Assembly (NCBI GenBank): GCA_964016885.1
Contig: OZ024742.1
Span: 89,342,001 to 89,406,000, forward strand
Reading direction: 5' to 3'
DNA length: 64,000 bases
DNA from: Eledone cirrhosa
Lineage: Eukaryota
Below, piece after piece: positions 51,410 through 64,000 of the stretch. Position 1 is the stretch's first letter. The number at the start of each line of letters is the position of its first letter. A model generated the notes under the pieces. The model ran no database searches. It worked only from the letters and a program-made list of their open reading frames with translations, and was not told where the DNA came from. Made by a program: the position numbers and the translations under genes.

Positions 51410-52443
51410 ACTGAAATAATGAAACGAAATTTCATTTCTCACACTTAGTACGGCTGTTACTTAAATATAAGTATGTATACGTACATACATATATGTATAC
51501 AGACGTACAGTAGTATGTATATATATATACATAATGCATACATATATATATATGTACGTATGGATTCACCAAACATTTATTACAATGCTCGGTGTGTTTG
51601 TAAACAAACATCCCGAATTAGGCGGTACAGTGTCTAGCAACCATCGTTGCTCTTTTGTTCAACACAGACAAAGGAACTATGTACTAGTTTCAAGCTTATT
51701 AGCTATCGTCAGCAACGTATACCTTCGTGCCAGATGATTGAACGTCTGAAAGTTTATACTTTCCTTATGCATATTAACGGCTGAGCAGCCTAATTTGCAT
51801 ATCGAGTGAGTTAATCGGCCGAGCGCACCGAAAACGATAAACGGAAAAAATGAAACGAAATTTCATTTCTCACTCTTAGTACGGCTGTTACTTAAATATA
51901 AGTAGGTATACGTACATACATATATGTATACAGACGTAAAGTAGTATATATATATATGTAATATACATACTACTGTACGTCTGTATACATATATGTATGT
52001 ACGTATACATACTTATATTTAAGTAACAGCCGTACTAAGAGTGAGAAATGAAATTTCGTTTCATTTTTTCCGTTTATCGTTTTCGGTGCGCCCGGCCGAT
52101 TAACTCACTCGATATGCAAATTAGGCTGCTCAGCCGTATATATGCATAAGGAAAGTATATACTTTCAGTCGTTCAATCATCTGGCAGGAAGGTATACGTT
52201 GCTGACGATAGCTAATAAATTTGAAACTAGTACAGCGTTCCTTTGTCAGTGTTGAACAAAAGAGCAACGAGGGTTGCTAGACACTGTACGACTTAATTCT
52301 TGATGTTTGTTTACAAACACACCGAGCATTATAAATGTTCGGTGAATCCATACGTACATATATATATATGTGTGCATTTATGTATATATATATACATAAT
52401 TCTGCACGTCTGTATACATATATGTATGTACGTATACATACTT

Positions 52444-52526
<83 letters not shown>

Positions 52527-52880
52527 TATACATATATATTTATATGTATATATATATTTATATATATATATAAATGTAAGTATGTATACGTACATACATA
52601 TATGTGTCGTTCCTGTGTCAGTGTTGAACAAAAAGGTGACGATGGTTACCTGAACACTGTACAGGGTAATTCGAGCTGTTTGTTTACAAACAAAGCGAAC
52701 ATTATAATAAATGTTCGGTAAACCCATATGTACATATATATATGTGTGCATGTATGTATATATATACATACTACTGTATGTCTGTATACATATATGTATG
52801 TACGTATACATACATACTTAAAATTTAAGTATCAGCCGTAATAAGAGTGAGAAATGAAATTTCGTTTCATTCTTTTCCAT
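51410..52880. mobile_element. Second locus of the 422-bp retrozyme family in divergent inverted arrangement; HHRs at 51677-51717 (-) and 52197-52237 (+)
   Basis: Same unit as 24664-25736; inversion centre near 51958. Confidence 0.8.
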
Positions 52881-52920
52881 TTATATATATATATAATTAT
52901 ATATACTTATATATATATAT

Positions 52921-53680
52921 CTTTCGTTTCTGAATTTGATTAGCAATATTCTTTATCTGAAAACGTGTGTTGAAACCGATATTGTTATGCTTTGGGAGGG
53001 TCATTTTGCCAATAAGAAACACACGCACCAGTTGCTTTCACTCCAATTTATTATATAATTTAAATTTATATATTTAAGAATTTATAAATTTCCGGTTGGT
53101 TGGTTGGTTCCACAACCGGACGGTTGTTCATAAATTGTCAAAGTTCTTTCGTCACACATTCTGTGATCTCTACAGTGACTGGATATTCTTTTCTTTGTTT
53201 TTGTGCCTCTCCTTTGTACTGTCCTACGCTATCTTGTTTAAATAGAAAACATGAATGGAATAGCAACATCACAACTTACAAGAAAGGACAAAATGAAAAC
53301 ACACACACACATAGAACAAACAAGCAACCAGTAGCATGTAAATAAACAAATAAACAAATATAAACACACACAGACACCCTGATGTAACACATGCGCAAAC
53401 TAGGCACACAACACACACAAGAACAAGATGGCGTAGGCCATAACAAAGGAAAGGCACAAAAACAAAGAAAATAATCCTCAGTCACTGAAGATGTCACAGA
53501 ATGTGTGACGAAAGAACTTTGACAATATATGAACAACCGTCCGGTTGTGGAACCAACCAACCAACCGGAAATTTATAAATTCTTAAATTTATAAATTTAA
53601 TTTATAATAAATTGGAGTGAAAGCAACTGGTGCGTGTGTTTCTTATTGGCAACATGAACCTCCCAAAGCATAACAATATA
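52921..53680. mobile_element. Inverted pair of solo pLTRs of the 4997-8138 PLE family
   Basis: 52921-53237 (minus) and 53238-53680 (plus) match 7680-8138. Confidence 0.85.
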
Positions 53681-53699
53681 TATATATATATCTATAGTT

Positions 53700-56600
53700 A
53701 AAACTTAGACCGGAACAAAAAGAGAGAGGCAGTACAAATATGAGTTTATTATATTCACGCTTTTGAATGTGGGGCGGGGGACGTTTGGAGAAAAGTGGGT
53801 AGGAAGAGAGTTCCGAGGGTGTGTGGGGGAGTGATGGAAAGACATTTAGAAAAAAGGGTTGAGAGAAAGGGGAGGAAAAACGATTGAAGAAGTACAAATA
53901 AAAATTAAAATAAACATAAAAATAAACATAAAAATAAACAAGTGGTGGAAGGGTGTGAGGCGTGTAGGGGTGGTGGCGGGTGGAGTTGGGAGAGCGAGGC
54001 GGGGGGTCCGAGCGGGGAGAGCTAAAGGTGGTGTTTCTGTATGTGTGTAGGTGTACGTGTGTGTATGTGTGTGTGTGCGTTTGTATGTGAATGTGAGAGT
54101 TGGGGGAAGAATGAGGTTCCATGTTCAGGAAAAGGTGTGTGCGTGGGGTGGGGTGTAAGTCGGTGCGTGCGTGCGTGTGGATGGAGAGGGGTCAGAGGAG
54201 TGGGGGACAGTGACGTGTGGATTCCGGAGGCTGAGTGTGTATATGTGGGGATACGCACGTGTGTGTTTCTGTTTATACGTGGTGTGGATGTAGGTGGCGT
54301 GGTTCTAAAAAAAATGTGGGTGTTTGTTCGTGGGTAAGTTCCTAAGGTAGTTCCGTGGTGTGTGCAATAAGATGTTGGATATTTCTCATGTTATAGAGTG
54401 GATTGATGGAACGATGACCGGTAGTTTGGAATCCATTAGTGGTTGTGGTCGTAAGTGGTGAGATGTGGGGTACGCGCGCAACAGGAAGTGGTCAGAGAGT
54501 CAAGGCAGGGTGAAGACATAGTAGTAGACGGGGATGACAGGTGGAGAAATGGTCTGAATGTGGTGAGGACTGTGTGACTGTGTGCGGAGGTGCGGTGGAC
54601 AGGGGAGAGGATGGGTAGGTGTGAAAGGTGGAGGGGGATGGTGGTGATGTGGGGCGATGAGGTGTATATTAGTAGAGGTGTTAGTAGGATGTGTGTCTGT
54701 GAAGGGGTGTAGGTGGAGCAGGGAGAGGGAGAGGGAAAGAACAGTGTTGAGGACGGAGGATGGATTGTAGAGTACTGGTGTGTGTGTGCGTGTTTGGATG
54801 AGTGTGTGTGTGTGGTAGAGAGGGTGTTAGTGGGAATTATTATTAGTGGGGAAAGGGTTGAATGCGGGTGTGTTGCTGGGGGTTGGTGGGGGTTGGTGGT
54901 GTGGAGTGCGTGATGTACGTAGGTGTGGGTGGGTGTGTGTGTGATGGTGTGTGTTCGTGTGCGTGTGGTCGGGGGTATGTTAGTGATATTAGTTGTGGGG
55001 TGGTCGGAGTGGATGTGTGGGTGAGGGTTAGTGGTGGTAGTAGGGTGTGTGGATAGTGTGAGTGCGTGTATATATGTACAGGTGGGTGGGTGCGTGTGTG
55101 GTGTGTGGGTGCACGTGTTTTACGGGAAGGGGCGTGGATGTAGTATGCGCCGGGGTGTAGTATGGGGGCGTTAATATTATTAGTTGTGGGTGGGCCAATC
55201 GTGGTGGGGCGGTGAAACGGAGGAGTGTGTGTTAGTGGGGGATGTATGCGGGGAAGGTGGGCGGTCGAAGGCTAAAGGAATAGGGATCGAGATTTCAGGC
55301 CGGGGGTGTGTGTGGGTCTGTAGTGTGAAGATGGTGTGTTGTTCGACCATGAGGCGGGTGGCGGGTGTTCCATGGCATTGGAGTAGGCCACATACTGTGA
55401 GGTGGTGGGCGGAATGTTCAGGGGAGCCAAAGTGGCGGGCGATGGGGGAACCCCTGCCGAGACGAATATCCCGGAGGTGTTAGGTGAAACGGCCCACCAG
55501 GCGACGTCCAGTCTGTGCGACGTAGGTTGCGCTACACTCCGTGCAGCTAAGTCCATATACTAGGTTGGAGGAGGTGCAGCTGAAGGCGTGCCGGACAGAA
55601 AGAGAGTGGCCGTTGGAACCCTGGAAGGTGGTGGTGTTGGTGATGTGGTGGCAGGTGTGGAAGCGAGGCCTGGAGCAAGGAAGGGAACTGGTGGGGGTCA
55701 AGGTTTGGGGTTATGGAGCTGCGGACGAGGAGGGTGCGGGGATTTGGCGCGCGTTTGAAGGAGGGGAGGGGTGGGGATGGGAAGATGGGAGAGGTGGAGG
55801 GGTCGGACTGGAGGCGTCGGAAGAGGCGGAGTATGGTATGGTAAGGTGGAGCGGTGGTAGTTGATGGGGAAGGGGAGACGGTTGGTGGGTGTGCGGTGGC
55901 GTGTGTGAGGACGGTGGAGCGGTGGACAGCACGGGCACGAGTGAGGGCGGTGTGGACGAGGGCGTTAATCTCTCCGGATGAAATGGCTGACTAAGGAAAG
56001 GGCCTGGGACTCAAAGTCAGCATCTCGGCTGCAGAGGTGGCGGATCCGGAGGAGTAGGGAGTGTTTTGTGTGTGTGTAAGGTGGGAGGAGGTGAAGTCCA
56101 GTTAGGATTGGGAGGAGGTGGGTTTTAAGAAGGCGGAGGTGACAAGGGACCGGTGGCCGTGCGTGGTGGAGATAGAGGTGGTGAAGTGGAGGGAGGGGTG
56201 GAAGGAGATGTCTAAGAAGTGGACGTGGGTGGTGGTATAGAGGTGGTGAAGTGGAGGGAGGGGTGGAAGGAGCAGAAGAAGGAGAGAAAGGAGTCGAGCT
56301 GTTCTCAGGTGAAGGTCGTGGCTCCGATACTATCGTCAATGTTACGACCGTACAGTTCGGGCGTGGGGCCGGTGTACCGGGCAAAGGTTTGCATAGTTTG
56401 GGCCCATTCTTGTGCCCATGGCTATCTCCATGACCTGTTGGTATAACTCACCCGAGAAGGAGAAACAGTTGAGGGTGAGGATCAGCTCGGCGAAGCGAAG
56501 GAGGATGGGGGAGGGGTCAAGTTCGAGGTAGTGTCAGAGGGCACGAAGGCCGAGGGCGTGGAGATGACAGAATAGAGGGACTTGATATCTTGGGTGAAGA

Positions 56601-57575
56601 GGAGGGGGTGTGGGCCGGTTGTGAAAGTGAGGGAGTCGAACAGGCGGAGGGCGAGGTTGGTGTCGGAGATGTGAGAGGGGAGGGTGGTGACGAGGGGGCG
56701 AGGATGGAGTCAAGAAAGGCGGAATGAGTTCGGTGGGGCAGTTGCAAGAGGAGACGATGGGGCGGCCGGGGTTTGGGGAGGAAGTAGATAGTGGGGCTGC
56801 GGTGGGTGCGGACGATTTGATGGGAAGCGGTGGGAGGGAGAAGGGAGGAGGAGATAACGTGCTGGATGGTGGGGGAAACTTGTTGTTGGTAGAGGGGTGT
56901 GGGTCGGAGAGTGGGTTACGGAGCTGCCTGAGGGCTTTGGCCGTGTAGAGGTCCACGCGCCACACCACCACAGCGCCTCCCTTGTCCGCCGGTTTGATGA
57001 TGATGTCATCTTGGCTACAGAGGGAGCAGAGAGCGAAGAGTTTGCCCCGTATGATGTTATGCTGTTTGGAACGGTGGCGGAAGTCGAAGCGATTTACTGC
57101 GCTATGGGGCAGGCGTCGACGAACGTATCCAGGCTGCTAAATTGCCCTGGTGCCGGCGTCCAAGACGATGGTCATCGGTCCAGGGCGAGAAACGGGTCTG
57201 CGGCGTTCGGAGCCGGTGGGGTTTGATGAAAATGGGCCTGTAGCTTCGTGCGTCGGACGAATCGCTCGACTTCCGTTCGGGTGCGGAACTCGTGGCTGTG
57301 CGAGGTGTGGGATATGAAGCGAAGGCCTCTACTGATGAGTGGACCCTCAGGTACTGAGAGGGGGAGGTCAGGGATTATGGTGACAACAAGTGGGGGTGGG
57401 GCTGAGTGCGGTTTGTGTGTGATAAGGTGGGTGAGGGATGAGGGGCGTGTGAGATTGGGTAGGGTGTGGGACGGGGGAGGTGAGTTTGTGGTGGAGGGTG
57501 TTGGGGAGGGTTGGATGGGGGTCACGGGGATGGGTGAGGGGTGGTGGAAGGTGGTGGTGGGGAGGAGTGAGTTAG
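53700..57575 (-). mobile_element. Decayed Neptune-like PLE (RT, GIY-YIG, ~1.5-kb CA-rich 3' UTR)
   Basis: SRGLRF, IKPADKGGAVVVW, PGRPIVSSCNCPTE, AMGTRMGPNYANL, PCSRPR..TC, FSCTSSNLVYGLSC.C...YVAQTGRRL..RF; many frameshifts. Confidence 0.88.
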
Positions 57576-57698
57576 CTTAAGATATATATATATATATAAT
57601 TATATGACGAAGAAAGTGTGGTAAGAAACGAGGTGGACCATAACGCACCAGAGTACTCGATACTCAGGTTAGTAGAGTGTGTAATAGGAAAAGAGTCC

Positions 57699-57798
57699 GG
57701 ACCCCGACGGCTGAGCTCCGGCCGTTTCGACAGATAGATCCAAACTAAACCAGTAATTTTACGACGGTAGTGACCTAGTTGAAATTATCAATGGGTAC
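57699..57798 (-). ncRNA. Degenerate hammerhead with U3-A8 core in the non-coding element ~57600-58760
   Basis: Minus strand: gtACCCa-TTGATAA-...TAGGTC..GATCTA..tgtc-GAAA-CGGC cggagctca GCCG-TC-gGGGTcc. Confidence 0.45.
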
Positions 57799-58756
57799 AG
57801 TCCATATATGGTCATGCAATCAAAACATAGCGGTACTATCATATCAAATAATCCTAAAAATTGTTTTTCTTTTCTGTCACGGGGGGTGGTCAAAGATTGT
57901 GTGATGTCATATACATGGTTGAATTAAATACCTTCATAGCGGCGGTAGTCGGGTGGCTGAGCTTCCCTGTAGAACAAAGGGGAGGGAGTAAGGTGATATT
58001 CTGTCCTCTGGATGCCAGGCCGGTCATGCGTAGAGAGAAATCTTTACAGCTATTTCTAAAGGGGGTAAGAACATAAGAGAAACAAGGCATATTATAGAGT
58101 GAATATTAGTATGCCAAGTCTAACAATTGGCTAACAGGCAGAGCAAATATAATTTAATACTAATTAAATTTCTAATTCATAAAATTAAGTTGTTAGTTAG
58201 TCTAAAGCACTAGAACGGCACCTCAATGTAGTAATTTATCAATATTATCTTCCATAATGATACCCACCAACCCCATAAAAACCATGGCTGTGTGTTCGGC
58301 CGGTACTATGTATATTTAACAAGAGTGAAATTATCTGGGTTAACCTAAGGAAGAATGAAAACTGAATATAGTAGTGTAGATATGCAATGATCCACCTAAG
58401 TATAATAAGAGTGTGTAACTAAGGAAGAAAAAAAAAGAAGAAAAAAAGAAAAAATTAGAAAAAGATTTTTCTTCTTCTTTTCAATCTCTTTTGCATATTT
58501 AAAGAAGGCCTTATGATTGTTTTAGTATTTTCTGTGGCCCTGATTTCTCGCTCTGCCCTCTCCTTCTCACTGGAAAATTTGAGAGCAGTTTCAATGTCAG
58601 GTAGGATTCCTTCTTGTTTTTTTTTTTTTTTTCTTTTTTTTTGTGCATTCAGCTGGTTTGAGAGTTAAGTCCCTCGTCTCATAAGGACTTTCCTGTCTCT
58701 TGAAATAAGATTTCTGTGTCCGTTGGCCTTTTTCTCCGGGACAAACTTATGGCGTA

Positions 58757-58827
<71 letters not shown>

Positions 58828-58831
58828 ATAA

Positions 58832-58975
58832 CTACCAGTATCGCCCGGCGTTGCTCGGGATTTGCTCTAGGGTTCTTATATATTTGATATATATTTATCC
58901 TCATCGAGCCTCGTGAAATAAATATGTTTGTTTATATTTTGTTATTGTGTATGCAAAAATATCTGTACACGATTA
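58832..58975 (-). mobile_element. Helitron 3'-terminal fragment
   Basis: GCCCGGCGTTGCTCGGG hairpin identical to 48048-48064. Confidence 0.55.
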
Positions 58976-58996
58976 TATAATTATATATTTATATAT

Positions 58997-59077
<81 letters not shown>

Positions 59078-59080
<3 letters not shown>

Positions 59081-61140
59081 CGTTTCTGAATTTGTTTAGC
59101 AAGATTCTTTATCTGAAAACGTGTGTTGAAACCGATATTGTTATACTTTGGGAGGGTCATGTTGCCAATAAGAAACACACGCACCAGCAACTTTCACTTC
59201 AATTTATTATAATAAATTTATAAATTTAGGAATTTATAAATTTCTGGTTGGTTGGTTCCACAACCAGATGGTTGTTTATATATTGTCAAAATTCTTTAGT
59301 CACACATTCTGTGACCTCTTTAGTGACTGGGGATTCTTTTCTTTGTTTTTTGTGCCTCTCCTTTGTTCTGTCCTACGCCATCTTGTTTTTGTGTGTGTGT
59401 TGTGTGCTTAGTTTGCGCATGTGTTACATCCGTGTGTCTGTGTGTGTTTATATTCATTTATTTATTTGTTTATTTACATATTACTGGTTGCTTGTTTGTT
59501 CTATGTGCGTGAGTATTTTCATTTTGTCCTTAATTGTTAGTTGTGATGTTGCTGTTACACTCATGTTTTCTATTTAATTTTGGTTGTAATTCATTTATGT
59601 TTATTGCTTCTGTGATTTGACTAAACATTGCATCTTTTCTGTGTGTAGATTCTATTTTTATTTCTATGTTCTCTAATTTACCCTTATGTTCTATTTTAGC
59701 ATGTTGGATGATTCTTTACTATCTTAAAGGTCTCGCCAGTGTTCATTTATCCGTTCCCCTATACTACGAGCTGTCTCACCTATGTACACTATATTTTTAT
59801 CTCTACATTGTCCTTCAGTACATCTTATCCTATATACTACATTTCTAGTTTTACAGTTAATATGGAGATTTAATTTACAGATTATACGTTTCTCAGCTAT
59901 ACAGGGATGTATTTGAAAAGGGTATGTCTTGCTAATAAGTGTTTTTATGGAGGTACCTGGTCTTTCTACTATCTTAATATTGAGTTTATGTTTATCTAGG
60001 GCCCTTCTAAATTTGTAAGCTAATTCACCTCTAGGGGTTGTATCGATGAACATTACACTCTGGTATTTATTGCTATCATACCATGAGTTTATTCTATTAG
60101 CCTTATTCCTAGTTCTTTCTATTCTATTCCAAACTTTGCTCCTATACAAGGGACAGGTCCCATTTGTGTCATTATTTACCATTTTTTCCCATTTGGTTCT
60201 GGCTCCTCTATACACTCTGGTTTTATCTCTCTGATTGTAACCAGAGAACTGCATACGGTGGATGAAGTGTTGTATGTGTCTCTCTAGTTCTTCGGGGTTG
60301 CACATGCGGGACACGTTTCTCATCACCCGTACCAAATCCGCAATCAGTATGTTGATTTTGGTATGGTCCAAAACAGCTGAGTTTCGGTGGATCAGATATT
60401 TGGAAGTCATGGGTTTGGCATAATGGGAATGGAGGATTTGTTTTTTGTTATTAATGGTATATAACCAGAGCTCTGTGTCTAGTACATATAATCGATGGTT
60501 GGGGTGTTTGCTTGGGTAGTCTATAGTAACTTTAATACTCTGGTGGATGGAGTTAGCTATTTGCTGGATGCTTTCCATTGTGTTTTTCTCTAATTCCTGA
60601 CTGTTCTCTAGTGGGGGTGTTTTAACTACGATGTTTATATCATCAACGTAGCGGGAGTACATTATCAGGGTTAAGGGGTCTTCTAATTGTTCTTTAAGTT
60701 TAATCTACTGTCCCACCATACCGTGAATAGGTTAGCTATGTCGCCTGCAATGCTAACACCAATGGCTGCTCCCTCCTCTTGGGCATATGTTTTTCCATTA
60801 ACTTTGAACATATGTCCCTTAAGGGGGGTGTAACACATGCGAATGTAACACATGCGCAAACTAAGCACACAACACACACACAAAAACAAGATGGCGTAGG
60901 ACAGAACAAAGGAGAGGCACAAAAAACAAAGAAAAGAAACCCCAATCACTGAAGAGGTCACAGAATGTGTGACGAAATAACTTTGACAATATATAAACAA
61001 CCATCTGGTTGTGGAACCAACCAACCAACCGGAAATTTATAAATTCCTAAATTTATAAATTTATTATAATAAATTGAAGTGAAAGCTATGGTGCGTGTGT
61101 TTCTTATTGGCAACATGACCCTCCCAAAGTATAACAATAT
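59078..61140 (-). mobile_element. 5'-truncated copy of the 4997-8138 PLE with an inverted pLTR at its 5' end (60829-61140)
   Basis: High similarity to 6420-8138; tail extends into [20 protein letters not shown]. Confidence 0.92.
59724..60662 (-). CDS. PLE RT C-terminus and GIY-YIG, in frame, prematurely stopped
   Basis: RYVDD...YAKP...CKTRNVVYRIRC...YIGETARSIGERINEH. Confidence 0.85.
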   Translation of the reverse strand: MYSRYVDDINIVVKTPPLENSQELEKNTMESIQQIANSIHQSIKVTIDYPSKHPNHRLYVLDTELWLYTINNKKQILHSHYAKPMTSKYLIHRNSAVLDHTKINILIADLVRVMRNVSRMCNPEELERHIQHFIHRMQFSGYNQRDKTRVYRGARTKWEKMVNNDTNGTCPLYRSKVWNRIERTRNKANRINSWYDSNKYQSVMFIDTTPRGELAYKFRRALDKHKLNIKIVERPGTSIKTLISKTYPFQIHPCIAEKRIICKLNLHINCKTRNVVYRIRCTEGQCRDKNIVYIGETARSIGERINEHWRDL

Positions 61141-61158
61141 ATATATATATACATATAT

Positions 61159-61312
<154 letters not shown>

Positions 61313-61313
61313 A

Positions 61314-61369
<56 letters not shown>

Positions 61370-61717
61370 CTATGTATGTATGTATGTATGTATGTATGTA
61401 TGTATGTATGTATGTATGTATGTATGTATGTATGTATGTGGGTATGTATGTATATATATATATATATATATATATAACAGTACAGAGAAATACGGAATAC
61501 ATCGCCCTCGGGATGGTGTCTACATTTTGGGCTCATAAAAAAATTCGTCTTAGATTACCAGGAGTTTTTTGCGTGTGAAGAAAATCAATACTTTATCGCG
61601 AAATGAATACTTTTGTTTATATTTTGTTATTGTGTGTGCAAAAATATCTGTACACGAATATGATAATTATATATATATATATATATTAAAATAACAGATT
61701 AAAGTTTAAGTAAAGAA

Positions 61718-61860
61718 TCGCTGCTTTCACCCTTAACGGGATCTTCTGAAACTAAAAACAATTAATCTGTGAACGCAGATGTAAATATTTCGAAAAACGT
61801 TGTAACCGAAGGAAAACAGGAAGACGATACTTTGGTTCGTGAAGACGTCCCCTCACATAA

Positions 61861-61895
<35 letters not shown>

Positions 61896-62255
61896 ATATA
61901 TATACATATACACACACACATACTGATTGCGTCATAATGATGTAATGTAGACAGCCAGGCATACAGACATATATTATAAGGGTGCAACGTTATATCTATG
62001 TATCTATCTTAAAAGAGAAAGACTAAGAGTTATATAGAGAGATCGCTAAATCACCTAATGCGATCCCTAGGGCATTGAAAAGACTAAATATATATAAACC
62101 CGTAGAGCAAATATTTATTATAAGAAGAGATTAATGTTTAAGCAAACATCGCCGCTTCCCCCCTTAACGGGATCTTCTGAAACTAAAATAAATCAATGTG
62201 TGGACGCGGAAGTAAATATTTCGAAAAACGTCACAACCAAAGGAAAACAGGAAAA
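61718..62255. repeat. Dispersed ~110-bp direct repeat (61718-61825 and 62148-62255)
   Basis: CCTTAACGGGATCTTCTGAAACTAAAA...GTAAATATTTCGAAAAACGT occurs twice. Confidence 0.7.
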
Positions 62256-62519
62256 CAGCGAGGATAATTACGTCATTATGTGGAGCGTGAGAACAATTTC
62301 ACTCAAAGATAAAAACACTTTTATGGTATAAATGGTGTCATTAGACTAACTAGCAGAAAAACCGCACCGGGCTGCTGTCTGCTAGTATATGTAGTGTGTA
62401 TATCGGTATTATACGCAAATATATATGCATATATATATATATATTTAAATTGAAAAGTAAATGTAAATATCTTCTTCTTCGTCCACTTATTTCTGAGAGG
62501 GTCGTGAGGGTAGAGTCCT

Positions 62520-62975
62520 TCTCAAACAATCCTTCCAGCGAGCCTGTCAGAAACAAACATCTCTAACTGATCCAGCTGGATCCCAAATCGTGAGCAGCCA
62601 AACTCATGGATGTTGTCCAACTATGTTGCTCAGAGTCTACTATCTGGGTCTCTTGCAGGTTGGTTTTGCCTGTAAAATCTGTCCAGCGATTCTCTACTGA
62701 GACATTCTAACCCCATGCTCATAATATCGAAGTTGTGATCTCACAATTCGGAGAAGTAGCGGCTCTACCAGGAGTGTATTTATTGATCATTGCTAGGAAT
62801 ACCAGGAAGACAGCGAATTTGACTTTTTAACCTACCCGCTTCTTCTGATTGCTGAATGCTGAGGCTGGCACATTACTGCATCAGCTTTTGCAATTCTTGC
62901 ACTTAATTCAGCCTCTTGCATTCCATCACTCATGAACACGGCCCCAGATACTTGAACTTCTGAAACTGCTTCAGT
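62520..62975 (-). mobile_element. RTE-like LINE 3' relic
   Basis: FKYLGAVFMSDGMQEAELSARIAKADAVM and RPR..W motifs. Confidence 0.6.
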
Positions 62976-63274
62976 AGAATTCCATTCACATGTATATAAA
63001 TTTAAGGGACTTCTGTCCACCCGTCTGTCACACAATGCGTATGTATGTATGATTGTGTGAATGCATATGTTTTTGTGTGAATGTATGTGTGTGTAAAAGG
63101 AAGGAAAGGGATACGCACATATTTATGTCTCTAACTTAAAAACGGTGACACACATACACACATACGTCTCTAATTTAAGAACGGCGATTAACACACGCGC
63201 GACCACATACACACACTGTCTTATTACCACTTAAGGGCTTTGGCACGGGCAAACATCCCATCAAGTTTGGAACC

Positions 63275-63660
63275 GTCTGGGTTGTACAGAATTGATGGTA
63301 AAAGACTTGACGGTCTACTCTGTGCTCCTGGTCAAGAGGTAGATGCCTTATCTGGGACGTCACAGTTAGTGACTCTTTTGCTTCTTCCCACATCCTGAAT
63401 GCAATGGTAAGGATGAGAGCTACAGCATCTGCAGTTGAACGGAACAAAATCCTAAAATACCGTGTTCTGTCAGCTAATTATCCATCCTGTGGCGTTCGAG
63501 ACGTTTGGGGAAGTCGGGCTACTGACAACGAGGTTCTCATCTTCACTGTCGGCTTGTAAATCAGAGGTAACTGGTGATACTTGTGACGGCACTTGGTTGT
63601 TCCAGCACCTCAGCTTCGCCATCACCCCAGGTAACGCTGCGAGCAAAAGTTATACTTCAT
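63275..63660 (+). mobile_element. CRE-like RLE LINE 3' relic
   Basis: DGLLCAPW..GRCLIWDVTVSDSFA, ERNKILKY, HPVAFETFGEVG, SFAI..GNAAS. Confidence 0.65.
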
Positions 63661-64000
63661 TTTGCTCTCGAACGCTGCTATCATGTGTGTGTGACTGTAT
63701 GTGTGTATTTGTGTAAATGTATATGTGTGAATATGTCCTTGAGCGTGTATTTTTGTAAGTTTGTATTTGCGCAATTATAGTTATATACTCATACATATAG
63801 ATGTATGTATATGCACATACAGACATGCACACACATGCGTCAGCGTATTGAAAAAAGTCGTAATCTCTTCATCTATCTCTTTCACTCATTCTCTCAAATT
63901 ATTTATATTTAATCAAGAGTTACGAAATTTAGTATAAATTATGTAATATTCATTCATTATTTATTCAAAGTAATCCAACTTATTTCAATAACTCGATTAA

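Overview
AT-rich eukaryotic DNA, almost all repeats, and full of (TA)n/(CA)n microsatellites. The SINE and repeat content suggests an octopod cephalopod (inference). No bacterial-type genes, rRNA, tRNA genes or CRISPR arrays were found. The window is dominated by decayed or 5'-truncated Penelope-like elements (PLEs, RT + GIY-YIG) of at least three types: Naiad-like, Neptune-like and a CCHH type I could not assign to a clade. It also holds R4/Dong, RTE and CRE-like LINE relics, non-autonomous Helitrons and tRNA-derived SINEs. The only host-gene candidate is an exon encoding a signal peptide plus a Pro/Trp/Tyr/His-rich stretch (15783-15918). The most striking signal, read by eye, is more than 25 hammerhead-ribozyme (HHR) motifs from more than a dozen unrelated sequence contexts. 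Many lie in PLE pseudo-LTRs, but several lie in non-coding retrozyme-like units inserted in (TA)n: a 422-bp tandem array, 591-bp and 696-bp units with terminal repeats, and a ~786-bp unit. The 696-bp unit starts exactly at its predicted cleavage site. Several HHRs carry compensatory U3-A8 or U4C core variants, and one has a non-circularly permuted strand order. All folds and family assignments are manual and untested.
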